Source: Ophelia neglecta
Taxonomy: Eukaryota
NCBI GenBank assembly: GCA_965285935.1
Contig: OZ260661.1
Coordinates: 43,462,001-43,526,000 of the forward strand
DNA length: 64,000 bases
Direction of reading: 5' to 3'
Shown here: positions 11,401-25,166 of the stretch, one piece after another
Position numbering within the stretch: the stretch's first letter is position 1
Layout of the letters: the number at the start of each line of letters is the position of its first letter
Program-made: the position numbers and the translations under genes
The notes under the pieces: generated by a model
Told to the model about the DNA's origin: nothing
Database searches by the model: none
Seen by the model: the letters and a program-made list of their open reading frames with translations, nothing else

Positions 11401-14400
11401 ATATAATGACACAGTGGTCATTCTACGCGAGTTGTGGGTTACAAGTTCAAGGGTTTGCCTGTTGTAAGCATTTTCCTTTATCTTGAAACCAATTCGTCAT
11501 AATTAGTTTTCTTCTACCGCAGTTGAAATTCTTTTGCCTCATGAATCTCAAAAGATATATGTACATGTAAATTGCGTCTATCTGGTCAAGATTGGAGTTA
11601 ATAACATTTCAAATGAATCATATCTTCAAAACATGTCTTTGAGGTGAATTTTTACCTTACCTATTTTGGGTTGGAACTGATCATGAATGTATAAAACTAT
11701 TGGTGAACATAATCATATACTGTGCGCTATGCTCTTCTCCAACATCAGTATGTGGATACTGTATTTTTCGCTGTTCTACATATATTTCCCCAATTCTGAC
11801 ATTTTGCCCATCTCAATTGTTAAGAATCATGGCTTGTTTGGAAATAATAACTTGAAATTTTGCAGAGTCTGTTAAAAGAATGTGATTTGATATTATGATT
11901 GATTTGCTTTGTGCACTTCAGAAGGTTTTTGCAGTGCAGTTCACAACATAAAAGAATGTTAATGAATAGCTTGAAATGAAAGGTAACCATATTTGTTTCA
12001 CCGTGTGGGAAGGCCAAACAAAGTCCATACTTTATTAACAAAGGTGTGAAAGGATATTGCCAGGAGACATGCTAAAATTAGGGGGTAATTGGTGGAAATT
12101 TCACATGCTTTGGCTGTTTTTTCTATGTCTACTGTGTCATTGTCGGCCTTGAATGATCATAATCATGATTTATAATTCTATGTTCCCCCAACAGTTAGGA
12201 AGAAAACTGGTGAGGCAGGTCAATCCATGGTGGTTTTCACGTAGAAATCATATTATATATGTTTAACTTAAGAATAGTACTGCTAATGTTATTGTGCCTC
12301 TGAGCTGTTAAGAGAGGTAGAGATATTTGGAAATGGTTTCACTGGGGACATGTTGTGGGATCAATATACATATAAGACCAGCATCAGCAAGAAGGTGTGT
12401 TGCTGAAATGTGGACAACTGTTGCCCTTTGAGAGGAAAAGTAAGACTTATTGAGTACAGTAATGTATTGGTGACCTCTTGATGATGTACTGGCTATCTTA
12501 CTGTCAGGTGTAAGGTACTGGCCAGTACACTGGGTGTGACTACAATACAACTTGTGTTTTTATAGCCCTCAAGGTAAAACCATACCACCGTCAATCAGAG
12601 CTCCTCCCTTCCTCATCCCATGACTGGTACACAGTGACTGGTGTGCTGCCACTGACTGTAACTGTAGCCCGGTCACTGACTCCCCAGGGCCCTGACCACC
12701 ATCAACATTACCTGGCCATTATCACCTATACAACACAGATAATTATCACCCAATATTTCAGTCACCTGTATTTAGTGGACATCATCAATCTTTCCTGTAA
12801 GCCACTTCTCCTGCCCCTCAAGCTCTCTGTGAAACAACTACTGGCATTGTGTCATCAACTGGACCATACCAGCAAACACATTATCTATTGTGCTTTTCCC
12901 AGCATGTTTTTATTTGTTATTAAAGAGACAAATATTCTTCCCTGTTCTCGATCTTGCCTCATCAATCATGTTGATGTTTTACTCATTAAAGCAGGCAACT
13001 TAAAAAATGTATTTAGTATACATGAGAGCAATATCATCAATCATGTATGTACACCTACTTAACTTTCTCTACTGAACACAATGGAGGTTAATTGATTGGG
13101 CCTGATTTTTTTGCAAATAAGGCAGGTGATTATAAAACTTCACAATTGACTGTGAAGTGGAAGAATGTAGATTCACACAAATAGTCTCCAAACACTGACA
13201 ACATTGTGTTTACCTGAACAATATTTGTGGTTTGCTACCCCACAATCTAACCACAAACATCCATAGTTTTATTAACCCTTATTGAGGTTCATTTCTATTG
13301 GTATTGTACAACTAATCTGAAATGCTAAATCCCTTGCTCCTCCGGGACCATGTCCTGATTGTTCCAATTGGTTTCGTGGGCGCAAGTGCTTAAAAATATC
13401 AAAGAGTAAAGTGGCATAATCACAAACTTGTAAGAGGTTCAATAGTGAAGTTTTTCTTGAGGTTTACCTGTTTACTTGTATTGTTACTTTGAGAACTGTT
13501 GTCAGTATTGCCTGTACTTCAAATGGCTGCTATGCCAGGCAGTTTGATTCAATGTCTTTTAAGGATTGGCTTAATCACTTTTGAATCCCAATCCACCTTA
13601 GCTATTAAACATACTATGTTATCCAATCCCTTTCAGTTCAAGCAATTTCAATTGAAAGGTGTTTTTTATATATTTAAAATCAGATGATAGCTTTGATCTT
13701 GATCGCTGAAATTGTCATTGGCTTATCGAACTTAGGTACCAAATCTGTCTTGTGCCAACGCAATGTGTTTTAGGTGTGGGTTGATCGGTGTAAATTGTGG
13801 GCACGTGGCCATACTTGGACACTCATGTGGGCCATGTTCAGAATTGTAATAGGCTATAAACAAGATACAGATTGGCAACATGTGTGATTTACACCTCTAA
13901 CAGCTTTGTCTTCTATGGTGATAATAGCTGTAACACGGTACAATGGTCCAAGGTGACTATATGGCCAACATTATATCAGAGGGCAAGCCAGTCATGATCA
14001 GGTCAGCTCTCACTTGTCCATCTCACTCATCTAGTCCACCTACACAAAGCTGCCTCAACATTTGGCATCATCAGAGTATTGCCAAAATGATGAATTGAAC
14101 AGTTCTGGCCTCAGCAATGCGACAGGTGCATAATGATGTTTGCTGTGGGTTTTTTTTGTGCTCCTTTATTGCATTTTGTATAATAGATAACTCAGGGATG
14201 TGTGGTTTGGGACCATTCCTTTCAGCTGTGAATGATTAAGAGAGGCAGTGCTAAGACCTTGGGTAAAAGAGAGTTTAGTAATTTAAATGATTTTTGCCTG
14301 CCTGGAATTAGCAATTTTCTCTTCTGTTGTTTGCAATAGAGCCTTTAGCTAATGTTTAAATGGGACTGGCCTGTGGGCATAACAAATATACTGCTGATTG

Positions 14401-15911
14401 AACACACTGTACATCTCATGAATAGAGATCTCGCAGCTTTTCTCTGGAAAAATAATTGGGATACAGTGCTTGCAGAAAAATGGAAATCACTGAGTCAAGA
14501 GGAATTGACAGAACCATTAGCATGGTATGTTGCATGGAATTACTGGGGGTATGGCGGAGAAACTGCATAAGGTGACATATTTTTTTCTCTTCCTAAAAAC
14601 TAAGCATCATATAAACATGTAAGTAATCTTGGTGTGCAGATGCTTATTGACATTAGGGAAAAAAAAAATTTACTTTTCATCAGAGAAAGTGGGTACAAAT
14701 GTTGCAAATAGACTATCAACATCAGGATCAGAAGTTGTGTCATGCACAGTGATGGAATTGCCTTGTATATTACCCTGCGATTGTCCTGAGAGTTGTTGCC
14801 GGCATGCTCATGCCTCTCAAGGGAACTGTTGGCTGCATCTTGGGGCACAAGTTTAATGTAATCAGTTGGTGGGGATGAAGGGATGTGGCTCCAAAGATTG
14901 ACTTCTATTCATTTCAAATTAGAAAAATGAGACAAAACACTGCATCTTTCTCATTTGTCTGTAGGAAATTTGATTTTCAGTCGACTGCTATTGATCCAAA
15001 CTTATTTTTGTCAGTGACTAGTATCTGATACTCTTAATAGGCAGTTAATTACCTATTGTCATAGAGCTCATTAAGTCTCATTAAATCTGGTCAGCTTTCA
15101 ATAATTGGCATATCCTCAAAGCATACATTGTAGGACTACTTTCAGCCCAGTAAAAATTGTTTCCAAATGTGTATACAAGAGTTTATACCGAAGGCATGTG
15201 CCAAGAAAAGGAACGGACAAATACAGCACTGCAAAAGGTTCAATGTTTCATGAAGGCATGACACAACAAAAAGTAAGCTGGAGGCCTGATGTTGTGGACA
15301 ATGAGACAGCAGGAAGCCAAATGTTGTGAAAAATAATATAGCAGGAGGCCTAAATGTTGTACTAAATATTTGGACTTGCGTGTATCTCTTGTTTTTGAGT
15401 ACTTGTGACATCATCATTAGAGGCTTTGAACTCCATGAATTGGAAGTCCCTCAATTGGGTCTGGACATGCATTCATCACAGTATGCATGCTCATCCCTCT
15501 TCTGGGACCAAGTCATCACCAGTGGGTCAGGTGATGGGGCCTATAAGTACTAATTCCCACTCTCAGGAGTGTGCATAGTGCAGCCTAATCTGCATAGTAA
15601 ACATTGGTACATAGATAAAATAATGAATGAAATATAAGTGATGAGGACTTTATGGCTTATGATAACCTCTCCAGCAAGCTCAAAGATAGCAACATAATTA
15701 AAAGTCTGTATTATGTCAATCTAAATTTGTCAAGGAAGTATTGCCACAATAAAGTACAGATAGTGTGAATAATATTTGCCCCTTGGGAGGGGTTATCTAT
15801 TGGAGTTAACTCCTCTATTACTCGTTTTTGTCACCTTCTAGTCCTGTACTGACCCCTGGGACAGCCACTTTGTCCCCTCAATCCCAAACTAATTAACTCC
15901 CTCCATTCCAA

Positions 15912-15967
15912 GGGATTTGCCAGCTAGCCGTGTGCAATCGGGATTTGCCAGCTAGCCATGTGCATTG
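15912..15967. repeat. 28-bp tandem duplication
   Basis: GGGATTTGCCAGCTAGCC(G/A)TGTGCA starts at 15912 and 15940. Confidence 0.85.
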
Positions 15968-16076
15968 CTGATGTGCCTCAACTGGCCATGCATAAAATGC
16001 TGTAGATTATTTGGATGATTTCTGTGAAAATGTCAGTGAGTTCAATGTATTATAGATCATGAAGTTAACAGTGTTT

Positions 16077-17615
16077 AGGGACCAGTCAGACATTATGACA
16101 AGAGGGGTGGGGGGGGTGGCTGATGATATTGGGAGGGGGAGGGGGTGCAAAATAAAGCCACCCACGGGGGGGGGGGGTTCTTCATAGTGGGCACCTGTAA
16201 GCTTTTATCCATTTTCCTTGAAGGTGGGGGGGGGGGGGGGCAAAAAAATTTATTCCGTAAAATGAAAAAATACCATTTTTCTACCCCTTGTTATGATATC
16301 TTGGTTACCTATTACCAGGCCTGGATGTGTTAATATTTGCTTCATGATTTAAGGGCTTAACCTATTCCTTCCACCATATCATTAGTTACCTGTAGAGACT
16401 TGTATTGTACAAACAATACTGTTGTTATCAAAACAGAGTCCACAATAGGAATGCAGACATATCTTCAGTCATATCTGTAACCTTGTGTCCCTGGTATAAC
16501 AAGTCCTATACAGCTGAGTGTTACAGCAAGAAGACATGTTGTCCATTTATGGATATTTCTTTGAAGTTTAACATTTCCTAATAGGTACATGTTTAATGCA
16601 TATGCTATATAATATCACAATCTAACCTATGAGGGAGTTTGAAAATGTTTGAACATGGCCACCCCAAGTAAAAGACCCTCCATCAAATAGATCAAAGGGT
16701 TTAGTTTAGAGGTATTGTGATGTTTAAGTGTATGTGGCATACCCCTTTTGCCAAGGTGGACATTTAAAGTGAAGCAAGTGTGTGCCATGTGGAGTGCTGC
16801 ATCACCCCATTGACATTGTAGGAAAGTATCTTTATGATACATTTTAATGCAATACATATACATGGAAATATATGGAAAGATTATGATATGATATATGGGT
16901 GTTCTATGTATATAAGCCACAATTGATAAACATTGGAAAATCTAGAAATTTCCACAACTGGACAATGTTTCTTCATGCTGTGTAATACTCTGCATATTAT
17001 ATTATAACACGTTTTTCTCAAGGATTATTAACCACATCAATGGAATACAATGTCCCATATAGTTTTCACATTTTAAACAAATTTTGTGATTTTGAATGGA
17101 ACTTATGTAGCTCTCCTGAAGGGGGGTTGGGGAGGGCAGTGAAGGGGGTATGAAATTTTTTAAGTTAAAGCCATGGTGGGGCCATTTTAGTCTTCCATTA
17201 ATATATACATTGATAATTATGCAAAACACCACCTTGCTGAATTTTCCCCTTAGGCTAATATTTCTTATGCACTAGACCCATAGCCCTACTATTTCTGAAG
17301 TGTAACATCGAAGGTCAAGGGAATGGTCAAGTTTTATTATACTTGAGTATGTTGTTTTGTAAGTTTATTTTGATGTAGGTTTTTCATATTCTCCAATCAG
17401 CATAAAATAAAATTGACAAAGTAATGAAGTTACCTTTCAGTATAGATAAATTGTGTTTAAATTTATGTGAGGGTCTAAAAAGTTTCGTGTTCAGGAGGTG
17501 GGGCTTAAAAAAGATTGTCACCCAGGAGATTTCAGAAAATTATTCTGAAAATAATGAACATGCATTCCCTCCCCTATCCCCCCCCCCCCCCCAGTAATAA
17601 TTTCTGACCAGTCCT
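16077..17615. mobile_element. Degenerate non-autonomous DNA transposon (MITE-like) remnant(s) with poly-G/poly-C subterminal tracts
   Basis: Left end AGGGACCAGTCAGACATTATGAC-G-run resembles the reverse complement of the right end (AGGACTGGTCAGAAATTATTACT-G-run). No coding capacity; the ends may belong to two separate copies. Confidence 0.4.
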
Positions 17616-20600
17616 GTAGATGGTTGTCACATGTTACTTCATGTAATAACTTAGAGACAGGGCTTAGACCATTTAAGGATATGGTATTGATGGTGTAGTA
17701 TCTTTAGCACTATCATATAAATGTACATTTACATGTACATAAATATAGCCAGGATAGATCAGTATCAAGAACTGGGCAATAACTAGCAATAGGGCCTCAT
17801 TATGATACATTTAATAGGCTCTAACATGGTCAGTCCAAAAGTCTGAACAAAATATACTGACAGAACATATATGGTTATTCTACATGTATACATCTACCAG
17901 TATGGGTATATGTTAGCCATGTGCTAAATGAGCCGAGGCCATTGTAACTGGGAAGTCTATTTACCATTCAAATGATTCTTTCAGTATGTTTTATACACTG
18001 AGGTGACTGTTTGATTGATTCATGTACTGTTTAGTAGGACCACCGTCTTGGAGCTCTTTATTCTGTAAGCTGTAAATCTACTGTTAATACTACAGGACAA
18101 AACCCAGCTATGTTAGGACAAGACATAAATAAGGGGTGGTTATTTCCCCAAACCTTTTTATGCTACTGAAATTATTTCCTTACTGCTTCCTGGAATGCAT
18201 TCCGGAATATTTATGTTTCCATGTGGAGGAAATTTAGCCATTGTACTTGTGGAAGACTGGAGAAATTGTTGTTTTGGCCCCTTCTAAATTATTTAGCTGC
18301 AGTCTTTGGATTGTAAGGAGTTTCACTATAGATTAAGGGTTTTTGAAAGGCAGACAAACTTTTTCTGAGGTAAATCTAAGGTAACATAGGAGACTGGCTT
18401 ATTTAGGGTTTTTGTCTGAATGTCTTCTTTACCAAAAGCTGGAAAAATTTGTGTTTTCCATTTAGCCTGGTATATTTCTTATTGGTTTTCTGTCACATCA
18501 ACCATCTTTCTCTTTCTCTTGGTCTTTTGTCTGTGAAGCCCCCTGCTAAAACCAGTGACACAATCTGTCAGTCTCCTTCACCATAGAGTCTTCTGGGGCT
18601 TTCCTCAAGAAAGAAGGTTCTTTGCCAAGGCTACAGACAATTGTAATAAACAAAAATGGTTGTCCTAACTGGCTAGAGCCATGGTTTTTGGGGGTATGAC
18701 GAGGTTCCTTCAGACGGATCTTAATTTTGCCATCCTACTGTGTGAGAGCTTGGTCACTTTAACTCTTTCACTGACTATATTTACTTTTGTCCACATTACC
18801 CTTTCACTGCCAATTTGGTTTTTTTTTTTTTTGATAATGTGTTTCTTTGCCATTTATGACTGCATACTAAGAAGCATAACGATAACAGTTACTATGGCAA
18901 CTGCCAAAATATATAGGTAGCTAAATACATTACTTATTGAATTTTAAAAGTTAGATACCTATACTCCTAACTAAACTAATAATATGTTTACAAAACCTAC
19001 AGTTTTACACATCTGAATAGAAATAAATTTGCATGCATAGCTATGTAGCTTGGCAAACATTTGATGGTGAAAGAGTTAAAGTTCTCAAGAGTTTTTTTCT
19101 TCCTAATTGCTTATCTCTTGTTGTTTTCAGGGTATTTTCCATTTTCATGTGGAATTACATTTTACAAGATAATTAGTGTGAAGGCCAACCACATTTCAGT
19201 AAAATACAAATGCTTCCCCATGGACAGCTACTGCACTTGTAGAGGCTTATAGGCAATGAATGACCCTTGGTTTTCAGCAGGTTGCACCACCCTCATTCAA
19301 GATTTGATTGTTCATAAAATCCATTTGTGTGAAGTACTCTGACAAGCTTTGGATAGGAAATCTAGGAAAAAGTCCCAGGAGGTTTCTTAGCCATCCATGT
19401 AGCAGGTGAATTTATCATTTTGATGATCACTATGGGCGTAGTGAAATTTTGGTTCCATCAAATATCAATCCTTGAGAACTTATAGAAGAATCAACCCCTG
19501 ACATAAATTTACTTCATCTGAAGTATTATCAATCCATATTCCTTGTGTCTATTGAGAAAAATACATGCCCAAATTCAGTCATGATTACACATTGGAGCAT
19601 ACCATATTCCTGCCATGCATGTCAACATCAGAAGCTTTTTGACTCAGTCTCTCTTACGCCGGCAATCAGGCAATGACGATTGCCAATGACGATGCAGCAA
19701 TGTTGCAGTCCCAGTGCAGAGTGCGCTACGGTAGAAAACAATATAAGGTGGCTGGTGGTTGTTGGTTTGCCGCCAAATTGTCCAGCTCACAACCAGTGGT
19801 GCCAGTAGCAAATGAGTTGTTTCAAAGCTGAACATTGTATCACTAGGGAGCACTGACAAGAGGAAGCCAGTACTCCAGGGACGGACAGACCCGGCTCAGG
19901 CAATGCCCTGTTAGTACTATCTTATAAATTCTGGATGAATAAGATTGGAATTTTGTTATCAGGTTTCCCATTTGTACTATTGTTTAGAGCAAGAGGGTGA
20001 CTGATAAATACAGCTGAGGCTTTCTCTGCACTCCTGACTATCGGCTAGCTAGTCGGCTGGCTAGTCGACTACACTACATATATGCAGTTAGGACATTGAA
20101 AAGGGCTGCAATGGGCTCTACTTAGTTGACTTACTCAGAGTGAGATGAAAAAACTGTTGAGTATGATAGATGCAGTTAAGCCAATTTGAGTGGACAGGGA
20201 AAAGCTGGTTACTGTAAGCAGGGACTACTCTGTCTCCGAGGCAGCAAGAAGCTGTTTTTTATTTTAAAAGTGGAGTAGCAGACAGAGGTAGGTCAGTATT
20301 CATTTGTCTGTAGTTTGTCAGACATTCAGACTGAGAAGTTTAGATGGCAAATAAACTTAAAAACTATGTGTTGTCAATATAGATTAATTCGGTTAAGTGT
20401 CAAGCTTCTCTTATGGGTAATGGATTGAAATAATGTTATTTTTTCCACTAACATTTTACAACCATGTAGCAGCTTTGTGTGCATTTCAATGGGATTTGAT
20501 ACTTAGTCCAATGTAGTAAATTGCAAATGTATGTATACAGGCCCATACGAACCAAAAGAACTTTACATGAGACACATGTTAAACTTTATACAATTTTTGG

Positions 20601-23600
20601 GCTGTCTGGTGTAGCACATGGGAGCTTATTGAAGTAGAAGTGCTATGTAGCCGCTGGGTGATGCCAAGAGTTGTCAGTATTTTGAAAATCTGATTCTGCT
20701 TATTTCTTGATGCCTGAAGTATCATAATTCACCCGAGGAGGCTGACAATCATGAACAATTTTCAAATGAGTTGGCATTGACTAGAGCTTGCCCAGGAGAC
20801 TCCAAATCATGCCCTAGGATAAAGAGTCCTGTCTGATAGAGCCGATTTCCCTAGGCTGGGGTGAAATAACCTGAAATATCTTAATCATTCCATAGAGTTC
20901 AATTGACAGGGACCTATCAACTACCATTCAGCTTCAATCTGACCCTTCAAGAGCTCTTGACACTTTTGGATCACCCACCCATGAACTATTTATCAAAGGT
21001 TTATCATGTAGAGATAGAAATGAGATCCTCAACAAACTCTTAGATTTCTTTATTGACCAGGATCTGTGAATACTCAATGAATATAATATACCATGTGCTG
21101 GCAAACCTAATGGAATTTGATATTCTATTAGTTCAAGGACTTGCTGTTTATTTCAAAAATATATTTTCTTGTATTCTCTTCAATGGCAATTGGAACATGC
21201 AATCATGTGATAAGTATGTATTAATTCATATGAGATGTAGACAGTTACACCTGCAAATAGATGCACACAATACTGTATATCATTGGCTGTATGGCATAAA
21301 TCTTGTAATAATTCCTCCCATAGGCCTGTGTGATTATATCCTAGTAAAAGGTCAAACTAGAGTCATTAGGGACATTCTATGTATATATATTTCAGCTGAG
21401 TTTGTTCATCTTAGATTTCATTTTTTCACAGCAGTTCTACAATTATTTTGGATTTTATTACAATATGGTCTGGCTAGAGTTGTGAATGACCACTAGTCTC
21501 CAGCTGGGTTTGTACCTATAAAGATGATATCCTACCTGGGGCTGTCATGTTAAAGGTTGATAAATGACCTCAGTTTGATCAAATTACAGATCTGATGTAT
21601 GTTTTGTAACAGTATGGACCAAATGGTAGTATATGAGAAATATGGCACCAATTAGGTTCACAGCATGATGCAGCCTCAAGGCTGATTAGCCATCTTAATT
21701 ACAGGACTAGGGAGTTTATCTTATCAATTGCTATTATAAGATGCTGCTATCACAAACCACAGTAATCCTAGCTCCTATTTGTTCTTTTAAGCTAGTCACA
21801 AACATGACCTTTTGGTCATGCCTCCTCAAACAACTTCACAGGCCCTGTGTTAGTTCATATGATACACCTATTTAGAGATGGCCACTAGCAGAACAAGAGC
21901 ATGGCTATAAGCTCAGCCTTACCCTCAGGTTTTCTTTGCTTTGCAACTTGAATTACTCCTGGCCGGATAAATAACCAGTGCACTGAAAAGGCAGTTATCT
22001 ACTGAAAAGAAACACACCAGACATCAAAGTCAGAAATGATGTACTGTCAGGATATATTTTCAGACCAGGTATTTTGAACCATGCGTAGGCCTTGCCTGGG
22101 TACATTAGATATGTATTTAACTGTCTATGAGCCTCTGATCTTTTTCCATTTTGTAAAATGGTAGTACTATTTGTCCAAACAATCATGTAAAACATTCTAT
22201 TTCAAACCTCTTTTATGGCCTTGGAGCATGTTTTCAGGAGGGTGAGAAAGTAACTTGAAATTTGAAATAGTCGAATAAATCATCTGTTTGGCCCGGAAAG
22301 ACAGTTTTTCTTGCCAGGAGCCCACCAATTCTTCTGTCAGAGATACCAATATCTCCCCATGTTTTTAGAATTTCATTCCCCCCAGCTTTTGTGTGACAGA
22401 AATCCCGCCAAAACTTCAATCAGCCATCCTCATCTAACAGGTTTCAGTGGCGCTTGTAGCATGAACTGTGTGAGTGACAAGGTCAACTAGAGGCTGGGAT
22501 TAGCTCATCTTTGGTTGCAGGCGGCCGGGGTGGATTATCTCCTGTGAGAAACCATATCTCACTGCCAGTGGGTCCATGAGGGCGATATGCCCATTTGATG
22601 CCAAAAACCTGTTGTCTGTACATATCCCCAGCCCAAGGGTAACTCTACACATGGAATTCATAAATATGTATACAGCTTCCTGGCCATGTCCTACCAACTA
22701 CTCCAGACCAACTAGCTGTACAAAAACATTGATTGTTGTGATACTTGGATAAATGCTTTCATGGAAAATATACCATGATTCAAGTATTGGTTTATTTTTA
22801 CAGTGCTCTTCCATGTTCCCCTGGTTTAATTTATGTGATGTATAGTGATTACAGCATAACCTCAAATTAATCAATTCATCCATAAACATACTTTGCTATG
22901 ATACCCCTATTTTTTGCTTGAAATTGAGTAGCTTTTTTTACAAGTGGAATTGTTGCATGGTCTATGTTATTTTTTTGTTTTAAGAATTCACTGCAACTTA
23001 CCAGCATTCTTCTTGTAAAAAACATCACTGAAAATGTTTCCAAATAAAGTGTTTATTCTATTAATCTATTGAATCCATTTTTGTATTTGCACAGGAAATG
23101 TTTAGGGAACCGATGAAAGACCTGTTTAATTTTGGTGTGTAATCTTCCATACCAATGTGTTCCTGTAATCTATTTGTTTAAAGTATATTGCATGCCAGTC
23201 TCAAGGTATTTGAAGGTGGAATTATCAAAACAAATATTTTGTATTAGGGATGCTAGCCAATTGTTTAACATTTGATTTTCATGTCAGTCAGCCTCAGACC
23301 TGTAGTTTGTCAGCATGTTTTTGCCACAGAAAGATGTTGGCTAAATTTCCGTAGGGCATTTATTCCGCTTTGCAATCTGGGCTCTTGTCTGGAGACCAGC
23401 ACCCCTGGGCATGGGCAGCAAACGTCAGCAACCTGCATCCTTAATCTCATCAACTGCTGCTTAAATTGAATAATGGAAAAATGTTATGGAGTATGACAGT
23501 ACATTTCCGATGCTTATTGCTTGTCCTGGGTCATTTGACGTCTGCCTGATGGAGCAGTCTGGGCTGGTCAGTGTCCGGTGCAAGTTTAAGTGACTTTCTC

Positions 23601-25084
23601 TTTACACTTCCAGTGCCTTTGAGTTCTCTTAATGAGAGTTTGACAAAAGGTTACAAGGATAATTAATGTACCAAGTCTACAAAGTATACTAAGTTTAACT
23701 AACCACTTATCTTTCCTTTTCAAGTTTTCCTGTTTGATGCATGTTTCAATGGAAATATTGAGAAGTATCTTTTGTATGCTTAACCAGTGTTTTTATCAAA
23801 TGAATATATATGTTGTTTGGTCACCACCAAGTTGGTCTTCGGCTAGACCCGGCTGTGCCCCTCTGTCCTAAGTATGAAGGGTATGTCCAGAGGTGTGGGC
23901 AACATAGTAAACTCAGTTTGACAGACTATTGCCCATTAACCGGACAGGTTGCTGGTCTAGTCTTCGGCCAGCTGAAGGACTGACCTTGTGATATCTAGAA
24001 GTTTTTCTGTAGGTACTGTGAAGGGTATAGCCTGCAGGTAATCATGTTATAATGTGTGTATGTATTGGTTGGGTGCATGCCACCAGCCATAGTTGGTGGT
24101 TGTAAAAATATGAAAAGAGCTATCTGCCAGCAATAAATGTTGTCATAGGCACTTCACCACTATTGCTTTTGTACTGGTTTAGCCTTCAGACTTTCCACAC
24201 ATCACCTATCAGTGTGGGGATTACCTTGAGCATATGAGTTATAGCAATGCTCACCACTAATCTGTAGAATTGTTTCCAAGCATAACTTGTTTTATAAGTG
24301 ATAAAACTGTAAGAGTATCAGGTAACAATGGAGTTGGCCTCCTAGAACCAGAATGTCTGGCCCAGATTTTGTAGATCTGCCAGATAAACATGTACATAAA
24401 CATGTACGTGCATAATGTGAATGAAACAGAAAAATGTCCTTGGGATCTATTGCTCACATTAAAGTAGAGGCTATTCAGTATGAAAGTTAATGGCAAAGAA
24501 ATGGCTTGCTTCATGCCAAAGTAGGCAAAGCATATATTTTCAGTTGAGTATGTGCCAGCATTAACATTTGGAAACCTCACTTCATAGTAATATAATAGTC
24601 CTGGGCAAACAAATTGGTAAGTAATTTTGAGAATAGGGAAACAACTTTTAGTGATGAATTGAAATATGAAGCTGGTACTATTTGTAATTGATGACGGATA
24701 AGACACATGCTATGTTTCTGATCAAGGGTGTCACTGGCCTCGTCCATACAGTTTATTTACAGTTTATTTACCGAGATTTGTTTTGCATCCGGCACTTTCA
24801 AACCACTGATTTCTTGCATGTCAAAGTAACACAAATCTCCATATGGCTGACTCCCAGCACACACAGTGTCAGGTGGGTTATTGATGGGGTTAATTACCAA
24901 CTCGGGGACAACCAGCTCAACCATATACTGTAATGTACACCTACAATGTACACATTGTTTTAGACCTAACTCTGAGAGGTTTATTGATCTGGGCAGGGTT
25001 CATTATTACTTTTTTTTTATAATTGAAGCCAATTTATGATATATATTTACTTTGATTTAATTAATTGTGAGGTGTAACTTTCAG

Positions 25085-25166
25085 TAAGTTGTACCTTAAA
25101 TATCTCATAGAGTGTCACATTTACTTAAGTTGTACCTTACATATCTCATAGAGTGTTACATTTACT
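25085..25166. repeat. 41-bp tandem duplication
   Basis: TAAGTTGTACCTTA(A/C)ATATCTCATAGAGTGT(C/T)ACATTTACT twice. Confidence 0.9.
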
